A stretch of DNA of 64,000 nucleotides from Lentisphaerota bacterium (GCA_016873715.1 VGWF01000007.1:405-64404); one strand, 5' to 3'. Shown: positions 8,749 to 17,912, counted from the stretch's first letter. Notes: generated by a model not told the origin, from the sequence alone. A program made the numbers and translations.

Positions 8749-9426
8749 TCAGTCCGGGGATTCGCTCCCTTCGCGGCGCCGGAGCCGCGGCCCCAGGGCG
8801 AGCAGGGCCGGCCCCAGGAGCAGGAGCGTGGCCGGCTCCGGCAGGGCGTCGAACTCGACGACGTACGGGAGGTTGTTCACGACGTTGACGTCGTTCCACT
8901 GGCCGGCGAGGCCGAGGATGCCCATGCCGGCGGGCCACCCGCGCAGGGCGATGCCCGCGGCATCCTGGCTCGCGTTGAAGTCGTCCGGCTCGAACCGGGT
9001 CCCGGCGGGATTGCCCCAGTTGTTGTAGAGACCGCCGACGGCGGTTCCGCCCGCGTTGCCCTGCCAGAACTGGGCGTTGTCGACGCTCCACAGCCACGTG
9101 CCCTCGGCCGCGAGGTCGCTCGCGCCGATCCACACGTACTCGACGCCGCCGCCGTCCCCGGCGGTCTGGGTAAGCTGGTTCGACACGGCCAGCATCCGGG
9201 CGAAGATCGCGGAGTTCTCGGCGAGGGTGTCGATCCGCGCGAGGTAGCCGGTGGTGCCCCCGAACGTGAGCCCGCCCGCGAGGGTGCGTGCCGCCGTCCA
9301 GTTCGTGGCGTGCCCGGTGCCGTACAGCTGGTAGGTGTGGCCGTTGTGGAACAGGGTGTCCAGCAGCGACGCCCGCGCACCGGAGGCCAGGGCAGCCAGC
9401 GCCAATCCCGCGACGATGCTTCGCAT
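8749..9426 (-). CDS. Secreted C-type-lectin-like domain protein with PEP-CTERM sorting signal
   Basis: 225 aa with a signal peptide (MRSIVAGLALAALASGARA). C-type-lectin-like motifs are VWIGASDLAAEGTWLW, FEPDD and GQWNDV. The C-terminus is PEPATLLLLGPALLALGPRLRRRE, that is PEP followed by a TM helix and an Arg cluster. Confidence 0.7.
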   Translation of the reverse strand: MRSIVAGLALAALASGARASLLDTLFHNGHTYQLYGTGHATNWTAARTLAGGLTFGGTTGYLARIDTLAENSAIFARMLAVSNQLTQTAGDGGGVEYVWIGASDLAAEGTWLWSVDNAQFWQGNAGGTAVGGLYNNWGNPAGTRFEPDDFNASQDAAGIALRGWPAGMGILGLAGQWNDVNVVNNLPYVVEFDALPEPATLLLLGPALLALGPRLRRREGSESPD

Positions 9427-9512
9427 GACGTAATCCCCCCCTGAACGGGGTCATCGTGGGGCGGTCCGGAGGAAAGGGCAAGTCGAAAACGGGACATTGT
9501 TTCGACGCATCG

Positions 9513-9541
9513 TTGACGCATGGCGCGCGGTTGGCTATGGT
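9513..9541 (+). promoter_or_regulatory. Candidate sigma70-type promoter for the zinc-ribbon gene / rnpB unit
   Basis: TTGACG (9513-9518), a 17-nt spacer, then TATGGT (9536-9541), about 30 nt upstream of the GTG start at 9574. Confidence 0.35.
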
Positions 9542-9573
9542 GCGGTCATGTGTGCAACGGGAGGAGACCCGCG

Positions 9574-10278
9574 GTGCTGAAGACCCTTCAAGACCTGCTG
9601 CAACTTCAGGAACTCGACCGCCGGTCCATCCAACTCCGAAAGGACCTGGACGATCTTCCCTCCCGCAAGGACCGGACTCGGTTGCGCCTGCAGGACCGCG
9701 AGGAGGCCTTCCAGAAGGCCGAGGCGGCGTGGAAGCAGGAATCCCTCGAGATCAAGAAGATCGAGATGGACATCGACGAGGCCAAGGAGAACATCCGTCG
9801 CTTCCGCCAGCAGCAGTTCGAAGTCAAGACGAACGAGGGCTACAAGACGCTCCTCCACGAGATCGAAGTCGCGTCGAAGAAGATCCGCGACCTGGAGGAT
9901 GCCGAGCTGGAGCGCATGGAGAAGGCCGAGCAGTTCAAGGAGGCGCTGACCAAGGCCCGCCGCGAGGTGGACGAGGAGCGCATCCGCGTGGAGCGCGAGT
10001 GTGCCGAGATGGACCAGCGGGCGGCGGCCGTCCAGCAGGAGCTGGCGGGCATCGAGGCCGACCGCGCGGCCCGCAGCACGGGCATCGACGAGCAGTGGAT
10101 GGGGCGCTACAACCGGATCATGAAACACGTGGGCGATGCGGCGATCGTGCCGGTCGACCACGGAACCTGTGGCGGCTGCCACATGAAGCTCCCCCCGCAG
10201 GTCGTTCACGACACCCGGCGGGCGGATGCGATCACGGCGTGCACCTTCTGCGGCCGGATGCTATATTGGCGCGAGTAG
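9574..10278 (+). CDS. Coiled-coil C4 zinc-ribbon protein (COG1579 / DUF164, HP0958-like)
   Basis: A long heptad-rich region (LQELDRRSIQLRKDLDDLP...) ends in CGGCHMKL..(17)..CTFCGRMLYW. GGAGG lies 8 nt upstream of the GTG at 9574. The track ORF begins earlier, at 9520. Confidence 0.75.
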   Translation: MLKTLQDLLQLQELDRRSIQLRKDLDDLPSRKDRTRLRLQDREEAFQKAEAAWKQESLEIKKIEMDIDEAKENIRRFRQQQFEVKTNEGYKTLLHEIEVASKKIRDLEDAELERMEKAEQFKEALTKARREVDEERIRVERECAEMDQRAAAVQQELAGIEADRAARSTGIDEQWMGRYNRIMKHVGDAAIVPVDHGTCGGCHMKLPPQVVHDTRRADAITACTFCGRMLYWRE

Positions 10279-10646
10279 GAAGCCGGCCGGTCCGGGGTGC
10301 GCGGTCGCTCCTTCCGTTCGCGGAAGGGGAGGAAAGTCCGGACTCCGCAGGGCAGGATGCCCCGTCGCAAGGCGGGGGGCCTTCCGCGATATCGGAAGGT
10401 ACGGAAAGTGCCACAGAGACCATACCGCCCCGGTTCGCCGGGGTAAGGGTGAAAAGGTGGTGTAAGAGACCACCGGTTCCGCGTAAGGCGGGACGCAGGG
10501 CAAACCCCGTCCGGAGCAAGGCCAAATAGGGAACCGGAGGCGGCCCGTCTCCAGTCCCGCAAGGGGCGCGGTTCCGGGTTGGCCGCATAGATAAATGACC
10601 GCGGACAACAGAATCCGGCTTACGGCCCCGGCCGGCCGGTGTTTCC
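10279..10646 (+). ncRNA. rnpB: RNase P RNA, bacterial type A
   Basis: Universal cores are present: GGAGGAAAGTCCGGACTCCGCAGGGCAGGATGCC, ACGGAAAGTGCCACAGAGA, GGTAAGGGTGAAAAGGTGGTGTAAGAGACCACC, CCGTCCGGAGCAAGGCCAAATAGGGAA and ACAACAGAATCCGGCTTAC. The P1/P2 arms AGCCGGCCGGTCCGGGG (5') and CCCCGGCCGGCCGGT (3') are complementary. Confidence 0.9.
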
Positions 10647-10656
10647 TGCTTCGACG

Positions 10657-11586
10657 ATGAGCGGATCCGGAGCCAGAGAGGTCGATGCCTGGGCGGGCGC
10701 GGCGATGCGCTGGCTGACGGCGGTCCTCGTGGCGGCCCTGGCCGCATCGGCGGGGCTCGCGTGGTTCCGTGTCCGGGCGCGGTCCGCGGAGCCGGTGCCC
10801 GCCCCGCCGGCCGCGGCGGTTCCGTCCTTCCCGGCCCCCGCGGCGATCGGCCCGCGCGACTGGACGGTCCTGCGTGCGCCGACCTCGACCTGGCTGGGCT
10901 CGGGCGCCGCGTCGAACTCGCCGGGGCGCCGCTACCGCCTGGCCGGGACCTTCCTGGTGAGCGAGGGGCCGGACGCGAAGGAGGCCGCGTACCGCAAGGC
11001 GATTCTCGACGACACGCAGGCGAAGAAGCAGCACCTGCTGGCCGAGGGGGAGACCGTCGAAGACCTGCGCGTCGTCCGGGTCCACGCCGACCGCGTGGTG
11101 GTCGACATCGGCGGACGGGTCGAGGTGCTCGGGCTGGGATTCGCCGGCGGGGCGGGGGAGGCCCCGGCGGCCGTCAGCGCGGTCGCCGCGGCGGCCGCGG
11201 GCATGGAGGCGCTCGAGACCACGCGGTACGGCAAGCGGGTGCAGGAGAACCGGTGGCTGCTCAGCCGCGACGAACTCATGAAGTACTACCGGGACATCCT
11301 CGACGACCCGGAGCGCATCGCGAAACTCTACGACACCTTCCGGCCGGACTATGCGGAGGGCCGGATCGCCGGCTACGAGATCGCGATGCAGGGCGAGCAG
11401 GACTTCCTCCGCGACGTCGGCCTGCGCGAGGGGGACAAGGTCCGCATGGTCAATTCCATGCTCATGTCGAGCCAGTCGCGCGCCGAGTTCTTCCTCGGCG
11501 AGTTCGTGAAGGAGCGGCTCAACGCCGTGGTGCTCGACATCGAGCGCGAGGGCAAGCCGCAGAAGATCATCTACCTCATCCGCTGA
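10657..11586 (+). CDS. Type II secretion system protein C-like (GspC-like) membrane protein
   Basis: An N-terminal TM helix (MRWLTAVLVAALAASAGLAW) is followed by a GspC-type HR region (YRLAGTFLV..AILDD..LLAEGETV..VVRVHADRVVVD) and a PDZ-like C-terminus (GYEI..GLREGDKVRMVNS). Alternative starts are at 10639 and 10705. Confidence 0.55.
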   Translation: MSGSGAREVDAWAGAAMRWLTAVLVAALAASAGLAWFRVRARSAEPVPAPPAAAVPSFPAPAAIGPRDWTVLRAPTSTWLGSGAASNSPGRRYRLAGTFLVSEGPDAKEAAYRKAILDDTQAKKQHLLAEGETVEDLRVVRVHADRVVVDIGGRVEVLGLGFAGGAGEAPAAVSAVAAAAAGMEALETTRYGKRVQENRWLLSRDELMKYYRDILDDPERIAKLYDTFRPDYAEGRIAGYEIAMQGEQDFLRDVGLREGDKVRMVNSMLMSSQSRAEFFLGEFVKERLNAVVLDIEREGKPQKIIYLIR

Positions 11587-13748
11587 GCGCGGCGATCGCG
11601 ACGGGATCGCGCCGGACCGGGCGCGCGCTCGGCGTCGGACGGCGCCCCCGACGGGCGGAAGTCCACCAGCCTGCGATGGACGTCCACGCGCGCGATGTCG
11701 ACCTCCAGCGTGTGGCCCGGCGCCATCCGCGAAGCCCGCCCGCCCCGGAGATAGTGCGCGGGGACAAGCCCCCGCTGCAGGGTCGCGATCACCTCCACCA
11801 GCAATCCCCGGGGGATCGTGCCGGTCACCACGGCGGGGTGGGGGCCGGTGTCGCCGCGGTCGAGCCGGTCGCGGTAGTACGCGATCCGCTTGAGGTCCAC
11901 GCTCTCCCGTTCGGCCTCCTGGGCGGCGCGTTCCATGCGCGAGGCGTGGGACGCGATGCGGGCCGCCTCCGCGTGGTCGTAGGGCGGAGCGTCGCCCGAT
12001 TCCAGCGCGCACAGGATCCGGTGCACGACCAGGTCGGGGTAGCGCCGGATCGGCGAGGTGAAGTGCGTGTAGGGCTTGAAGGCCAGGCCGAAGTGGGCGG
12101 CGCAGCGCGGCGAGTACACGGCGCGCTTCATGTGCCGGAGGATCGCGACGGCGACCGGGTACTCGATCGGAGATCCGGCCACCCTGGCGACCAGCGCGTT
12201 GAGCGACGGGCCGTCGGGCGCGAAGCCGTGGATGCCCAGTTCCGCCAGCGCGTCGGCCATGCCCGCCCACTGCTCCTCGTCGGGCGGCTCGTGGATCCGG
12301 TAGAGGGCCGGCACGCGCGCTCGCGACATGCGGCGGGCCACGGCCCGGTTGGCGGCGAGCATGAACTCCTCGATCAGGCCGTAGGCCTCGTCCGCGCCGC
12401 GCCGCCGGATGGCGGCCACCCGTCCGTCCGGATCCAGTTCGACCCGGACCTCCGGCACGTTGAAGGCCAGCGCGCCGGCGTCGAGCCGCAGCGCGCGCAT
12501 GCGCGCGGCGAGGGCGGCCATGTCGCGCAGGACCGCGTGGAGGCCGTCGTCCACCGCCCGCTCGTCGGCGCCGGAGAGGAACGCCTGCACGCGGTCGTAG
12601 TCGAGCCGGGCCCGGGAGCGGATGACGGAGCGGAAGGTCTCCTCCCCGGCGACGCGGCCGTCCGGTTCGACGGTCATGCGGACGGTGTGGCACAGGCGGT
12701 CGGCGTCGGGACGCAGGCTGCACACGTCGGTGGTCAGGTCGCGCGGGAGCATGGTCAGCGTGCGGTCGACGAGGTAGACGCTGGTGCCGCGTTCGCGGGC
12801 CTCGCGGTCGACGGCGCCGTCCGGCGCCACGTAATGCGCGACGTCGGCGATGTGCACGTGGAGATCCCAGCGTCCGTCCGGACGGCGGCCGAGCGAGACC
12901 GCGTCGTCGAAGTCCTTGGCGTCGACCGGGTCGATCGTGAAGGCGGCGAGGCTCCTCAGGTCGCGGCGCCCTTCGCCCGCCGGCTGGGCGTCGGGGTGCG
13001 CGGCGATCCGGCTCACCTCGTCGCCGACGGCGCGGGGGAACGTCTCCGAAAGACCGTGCTGGCGGAGGAGGACGGTCATGTCGACGCCGGGCCCGTCCGG
13101 GCGTCCGAGGTCCTCGACAACCCGGCCGGTCAGCATCGCGGCGCCCGGCTCCCACGGGTCGAGTTCGACCGAGGCCATCCGGCCATCCTCGCGGCGCACG
13201 CCCGGGGCGAATTCGCGGATGCGGACGGTCTCCGGAAACCTGGGACTGGCCGGGATCAGGTACCAGTAGTAGGCGGTCTGCTTCACGAGGCCGGCGAGGA
13301 CGGCGTGCCGGCGTTCGAGGACGCGCCGCACCCGGCCGCGCAGCACCGAGGACTCCGGACGCCGCCGGCGCCCGCGGCCCGCGGCGGCGCCGGACAACCG
13401 CTCGACGACGACGCGGTCGCCGTGGATCGCGTTGCGGAGGTCGGACGGATCGATGCGGATCTCCGCGTCCGGCCGCGACGGATCGTCGATCGTTCCGACC
13501 CCGCGGGCATGAACCACCAGGTCGCCGGTGACGGTGCGCCCCGCGTCCGGCCGCGACCACCGGTTCTTCCGCAGGAGGACGATCTCGCCCGAGGCCTGGA
13601 GACGGCGGAGCAGGGCGCGCAGGTCGCGGCGCGCGTCCGGCGGGAGGCGGAGGGCCCCGGCGATCTCGCTGCGCGTCATCGGGCGGTAGCGCGGCGAGTC
13701 GACGAACTGTTTGAAGGCGTCCTCCAACGATGGTAAGAACTCGGACAT
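11571..13748 (-). CDS. rnr: Ribonuclease R
   Basis: 725 aa starting MSEFLPSLEDAFKQFV. RNB-domain motifs are TIDPVDAKDFDDAVS, HIADVAHYV and HFGLAFKPYTHFTSPIRRYPDLVVHR. An S1-like C-terminus and a basic tail follow. This is the in-frame 3' part of track ORF 11571..15383. Confidence 0.9.
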   Translation of the reverse strand: MSEFLPSLEDAFKQFVDSPRYRPMTRSEIAGALRLPPDARRDLRALLRRLQASGEIVLLRKNRWSRPDAGRTVTGDLVVHARGVGTIDDPSRPDAEIRIDPSDLRNAIHGDRVVVERLSGAAAGRGRRRRPESSVLRGRVRRVLERRHAVLAGLVKQTAYYWYLIPASPRFPETVRIREFAPGVRREDGRMASVELDPWEPGAAMLTGRVVEDLGRPDGPGVDMTVLLRQHGLSETFPRAVGDEVSRIAAHPDAQPAGEGRRDLRSLAAFTIDPVDAKDFDDAVSLGRRPDGRWDLHVHIADVAHYVAPDGAVDREARERGTSVYLVDRTLTMLPRDLTTDVCSLRPDADRLCHTVRMTVEPDGRVAGEETFRSVIRSRARLDYDRVQAFLSGADERAVDDGLHAVLRDMAALAARMRALRLDAGALAFNVPEVRVELDPDGRVAAIRRRGADEAYGLIEEFMLAANRAVARRMSRARVPALYRIHEPPDEEQWAGMADALAELGIHGFAPDGPSLNALVARVAGSPIEYPVAVAILRHMKRAVYSPRCAAHFGLAFKPYTHFTSPIRRYPDLVVHRILCALESGDAPPYDHAEAARIASHASRMERAAQEAERESVDLKRIAYYRDRLDRGDTGPHPAVVTGTIPRGLLVEVIATLQRGLVPAHYLRGGRASRMAPGHTLEVDIARVDVHRRLVDFRPSGAPSDAERAPGPARSRRDRRAQRMR

Positions 13749-13811
13749 ACGGGCGGCGATGGTAGCAGCCGCCGGCCGGCCGCGCCAGCGGCCGCCCGTA
13801 TCGGTGCCACC

Positions 13812-15281
13812 GTGAAAGTCGTCTTCTGCAGCAGCGAGATCGCGCCCTTCGCGTCGACCGGCGGGCTGGGGGAGGTGTCCCGCTCGCTGCCGGCGGCCCT
13901 CCACCGCCTCGGCCTCGACGTGTGGCGCGTGATGCCCATGTACCGCCAGGTCATGGAGGGCGGGCACCGGCTCCACGACACCGGGCTGCGGCTGAAGATC
14001 CCGATTGGCTTCCGCGTGCACACCGCGGAGGTCTGGATTCACCAGGAGGGCGACGCGCCGACCTACTTCATCCGGCGCGACGAGTACTTCGACCGCCGCG
14101 AACTCTACGCTCTGCCCGAGCGCGACTACACGGACAACTTCGAGCGGTTCGTCTTCTTCCAGAAGGCGGTCGTCGCGCTGATCGACACGCTGGGATTCGC
14201 CCCCGACGTCGTGCACGGCAACGACTGGACCTGCGGGCTGGTCCCGCTGTACCTGCGGCACGGGACCAGCGGGATCGGGCGGGCGGGGCGGGAGGTCCCG
14301 GTCTTCACCGTCCACAACCTGGCCTACCAGGGCATCTACCCGGGCGCCGAGTTCGCGCAGACGAACCTGCCGTTCTCGTGCTTCTCGATCGATGGCGTCG
14401 AGTTCTTCGGGAACATCAACTGCCTCAAGGCCGGTCTGACGTCGAGCGTGCTGTCGACGACGGTCAGCCGCAGCTACGCCGAGGAGATCCGCACGGCCGA
14501 GGGCGGCTTCGGCCTCGACGGGGTCCTGCGGTCGATGAAGGACCGCCTGGTCGGGATCCAGAACGGGGTGGACGACGACATCTGGAATCCGGCGCGCGAT
14601 CCCTTGATCAAGTTCCCGTACGACTCCGCCAACCCGGCCGGCAAGGCAGGGTGCAAGACGGCGTTGCTGGCGCGCTCGGGCTTTGCCCGGACGCTCGACG
14701 TACCGGTCGTCGGCATGATCTCGCGGCTCGTCGACCAGAAGGGCTTCGACCTGCTGGCCGAGGCGATGCCGGCCCTCATGGAGATGCCGCTCAAGATCGT
14801 CCTTCTCGGGAGCGGCCAGGAGAAGTACCAGGCCCTCTGCATGGAGTGGGCGCGGACGTGGCCGGACCGGTTCAGTGCGACCCTGGGGTTCGACCACAAA
14901 CTGGCGCACCGGATCGAGAGCGGGTCGGACCTCTTCCTCATGCCGTCGCGGTCGGAGCCCTGCGGCCTCAGCCAGCTCTACGCCCTGAAGTACGGGACGA
15001 TCCCGATCGTTCATGCGACCGGCGGCCTCAAGGACACGATCCACGAGGTCTCCGAGGACGGGTCGGCCGGCAACGGCTTCCGGTTCGAAACCTACACGCC
15101 CGAGGCGATGCTCGCGGCGGTCCGTCGCGCGCTGGGCTTCTACGGACGCCCGGAGACGTGGTCCGTGATCCGTGCCCGCGCCATGGGCGAGGATCACTCG
15201 TGGCGGAAGGTCGCCGGCCAGTACGTCAGCCTCTACGAACGCGCACGCACCCAGGCCGGCCCTGTGAACAACAGGGCTTGA
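13812..15281 (+). CDS. glgA: Glycogen synthase (ADP-glucose type)
   Basis: 489 aa, with MKVVFCSSEIAPFASTGGLGEV, NDWTCGLVP and PSRSEPCGLSQLYALKYGTIPIV. Confidence 0.9.
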   Translation: MKVVFCSSEIAPFASTGGLGEVSRSLPAALHRLGLDVWRVMPMYRQVMEGGHRLHDTGLRLKIPIGFRVHTAEVWIHQEGDAPTYFIRRDEYFDRRELYALPERDYTDNFERFVFFQKAVVALIDTLGFAPDVVHGNDWTCGLVPLYLRHGTSGIGRAGREVPVFTVHNLAYQGIYPGAEFAQTNLPFSCFSIDGVEFFGNINCLKAGLTSSVLSTTVSRSYAEEIRTAEGGFGLDGVLRSMKDRLVGIQNGVDDDIWNPARDPLIKFPYDSANPAGKAGCKTALLARSGFARTLDVPVVGMISRLVDQKGFDLLAEAMPALMEMPLKIVLLGSGQEKYQALCMEWARTWPDRFSATLGFDHKLAHRIESGSDLFLMPSRSEPCGLSQLYALKYGTIPIVHATGGLKDTIHEVSEDGSAGNGFRFETYTPEAMLAAVRRALGFYGRPETWSVIRARAMGEDHSWRKVAGQYVSLYERARTQAGPVNNRA

Positions 15282-15587
15282 GGGCGGGCGGGCGGTCCGA
15301 AGGCCCTTGAGGGCCGGAATCCTGTTCATAACCCCAAACAACAAGATATGGCGTCCCGGCATGTCCTCATGGCGACATAACATATATTATGCGACGTTAT
15401 GGAAAAGGCGGGTTCCTGCCGGGGAATACGAGGCCGGCGGTGCCGCGCGGGCCCGGATCCGGTTTGCCGCCGGCCGTGGGGATTGAACCGCCCGCATGGC
15501 GTCGCTATAGTCGCTCCGACATTTGAACCGACCGGCTCGCCGGCCGACGTTGAGGCTTGCGGTGCCGGAACCCATCCGAAGGCAAAC

Positions 15588-16427
15588 GTGAAGAAAGTCA
15601 TCAACGCCCTCATTCAGTTGCAGGATCTCGTCGAGGCCCGAGCCCAGCAGGAGGCCCTGGCCTCCCGCGGGCGGCTGGCCCAGCTCGAGGAATCGATCCA
15701 GGGGATGCTCGCCGGACTCCCCGCGGACACCGCCTCCCAGTTCCTCCGTCTCCAGAAACGCAGCCACCAGGCGATCGTCCCGGTGGTCAACGGCGTCTGC
15801 GGAGGCTGCGGGATGGCCATCCCCGTCAGCCAGGTCCACGCGGTCCATGCCGCCATGTCCCTGCACACGTGCCCCGCCTGCAGCCGGTTCCTCTACTACC
15901 CGGAGGACTCGGCGCCGCGCCGGCTCCCGCAGAAACGCGCGGCCGGCGAGCCGGTCAAGGTCGGGATCGCCCGGTTCTCGTCGCCGGGGCTGATGCTTCC
16001 GTCGCTGGCGTCGGAGGACCGCGACGCCTCCATCACGGAGATGTGTTCCGTCATGGAGGCCCAGGGCTTCGTGAACAACGGCACGCGCCTGGCCGAGGAG
16101 GCCCTCAAGCGCGAGGCCATCGCGAGCACGGCGTTCGAGCACGGCCTCGCCTTCCCCCACGCGCGCGGCGTCGAGGGCGGCGGTCTCACGCTCGCCCTCG
16201 GACTCAGCGCCAAGGGCATCCGGTTCGGCGGCGACCAGCGGGCGCTCACGCGAATCGTCTTCCTGGTCGCGATTCCGACCGCCGCGAGCGCGTTCTACCT
16301 GAAGCTCCTCGCCGGACTGACGAAGACCTTCCAGGACGAGGCCGCGCGGGAGAAGCTGTTCGAGGCCGGGACGGCCGACAAGCTCTGGAAGGCCCTCTGC
16401 CAGGCCACGAGGCGCGCGATTCCCTAG
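15588..16427 (+). CDS. Fusion protein with an N-terminal coiled-coil/C4 zinc ribbon (DUF164-like) and a C-terminal PTS EIIA type-2 (PtsN-like) domain
   Basis: The GTG start at 15588 gives VKKVINALIQLQDL. The zinc ribbon is CGGCGMAI..(17)..CPACSRFLYY. The EIIA-2 core is AFEHGLAFPHARG and TRIVFLVAIP. This is the 3' part of track ORF 15399..16427. Confidence 0.7.
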   Translation: MKKVINALIQLQDLVEARAQQEALASRGRLAQLEESIQGMLAGLPADTASQFLRLQKRSHQAIVPVVNGVCGGCGMAIPVSQVHAVHAAMSLHTCPACSRFLYYPEDSAPRRLPQKRAAGEPVKVGIARFSSPGLMLPSLASEDRDASITEMCSVMEAQGFVNNGTRLAEEALKREAIASTAFEHGLAFPHARGVEGGGLTLALGLSAKGIRFGGDQRALTRIVFLVAIPTAASAFYLKLLAGLTKTFQDEAAREKLFEAGTADKLWKALCQATRRAIP

Positions 16428-16481
16428 CCGGCGGTCCGTTTTCGGTTGCGCACCCGGGCCGCGTTGTGGCAGATTGGGCCC

Positions 16482-16557
<76 letters not shown>

Positions 16558-16562
16558 GGTTT

Positions 16563-16610
16563 GCCCCACGCCGGCCGGGACTCCGGATTTCGGCGTGGGG
16601 CTCTTCTTTT
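16563..16610 (+). terminator. Rho-independent terminator after tRNA-Lys
   Basis: An 11-bp stem, GCCCCACGCCG (16563-16573) with CGGCGTGGGGC (16591-16601), followed by TCTTCTTTT. Confidence 0.6.
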
Positions 16611-16617
16611 CCCCGGG

Positions 16618-17172
16618 CTACTTCACGATCCCGAGCAGCGCCTTGAAGGCGTCGCCGGACGCGACGCGCTGCAGTTCGAAGAGCGCCATCTCGACGGAGG
16701 TCACCGCGGCGCCCTCGCGGGCCATGCGGTCGAGCGCCAGGCGCCGGTTCTCGGGCGACCGGGAGGAAACCGCATCCGCGACGACCTCGACGTGGTATCC
16801 CGCGTCGAGCAGGTCGCGCGCCGTCTGGTAGACGCAGACGTGGGCCTCGATCCCGCACAGGATCACCTGCGTGCGGCCCAGCCCCCGGACGCGGTCCAGG
16901 AAGGCCGGCAATCCTGCGCAGCTGAAGCAGGACTTCGCGAGCGCGTGCGGACTCCCGGCCGCTGCCGCCAGCGCCGGGACCGTCGGCCCCAGCTTCTCCG
17001 GGATCTGCTCGGTGACGACGACCGGCACCCCGAGGGCCGCCGCGCCGCGGAGGAGGCGCGTCAGGGAGGCGACCAGGGCCTCGCGCTCGTGCATCGCGAC
17101 GAGCAGCCGCTCCTGGACGTCGACCAGGACGAGCACCGTGTTCTCGATCTTCAACATGATCGTCTCCCCCAC
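16618..17172 (-). CDS. Isochorismatase-family cysteine hydrolase
   Basis: 184 aa, with VLVLVDVQ and VILCGIEAHVCVYQTARDL. An alternative start is at 17157 (MLKIEN). Confidence 0.75.
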   Translation of the reverse strand: MGETIMLKIENTVLVLVDVQERLLVAMHEREALVASLTRLLRGAAALGVPVVVTEQIPEKLGPTVPALAAAAGSPHALAKSCFSCAGLPAFLDRVRGLGRTQVILCGIEAHVCVYQTARDLLDAGYHVEVVADAVSSRSPENRRLALDRMAREGAAVTSVEMALFELQRVASGDAFKALLGIVK

Positions 17173-17177
17173 CCCGC

Positions 17178-17912
17178 CTACATCAGGGCGCCGCCGGTCA
17201 GCTCGAAGGCGATCTGGATGTCGCGCGTGCTTCCCCGGTATTCCGAGGGAAGCGCCGGCAGCTGGCGCACCGCCTGGAGCGCGCGGTTCACCGATTCATC
17301 CATGAGGGCGTGGCCGGACGTGCGGATCACGTCGCGCTTGAGCACGGTGCCGTCGCGCGGGGCGCGCACCTCGACGATGACCTTGAGCCCCGACGACGCG
17401 GACAGGCCGCCGGGCTGCTCCCACGCGTCGTACATCGCCTTCCGGACGAGCGCGAAGTACCAGTCGAACGGGAAGTCGCTCACCGGGCCGACCGGCCCGG
17501 GCGGCCCGAGCGGCTTCCCCGACGCCAGCATCTTCCGCAGTTCCTCGGCCGTCGGGGGCTTCGCCTTCGGCGTGGGCGGGGGCTGGACCGGCTTGCGCAC
17601 CTTGACCTTGCTGACCTCGATCTTCGGCGGCTTGGGCTTCGGAGGATCCTTCGGCGGCTCCGGGATGTCCTTCGGCGGCTCCGGCTCCGGCGGCTTCGGA
17701 TCCTCGGGCTTCGGCGGATCGGGCAGCGGCGGCATCTGCAGGTCGGCCATCGGCGGCGCGGGGTCCTGCAGGGCGATGAACGTTACCAGTTCCCGGGGGC
17801 GCTGCGAGAAGAAGCACCCGCGCAGCATCGAGGAAGCGATGATCGCCACCAGGAGCGCCGCGTGGGTCGCGGCGCTGCCCAGCATGGTCCGGTCGGCCGT
17901 CGCGGTTCTCAT
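17178..17912 (-). CDS. tonB: TonB-like energy transducer
   Basis: An N-terminal anchor, a Pro/Lys/Glu-rich spacer (PPKPEDPKPPEPEPPKDIPEPPKDPPKPKPPK) and a TonB-type C-terminal domain. A 4-nt overlap links it to exbD. Confidence 0.7.
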   Translation of the reverse strand: MRTATADRTMLGSAATHAALLVAIIASSMLRGCFFSQRPRELVTFIALQDPAPPMADLQMPPLPDPPKPEDPKPPEPEPPKDIPEPPKDPPKPKPPKIEVSKVKVRKPVQPPPTPKAKPPTAEELRKMLASGKPLGPPGPVGPVSDFPFDWYFALVRKAMYDAWEQPGGLSASSGLKVIVEVRAPRDGTVLKRDVIRTSGHALMDESVNRALQAVRQLPALPSEYRGSTRDIQIAFELTGGALM

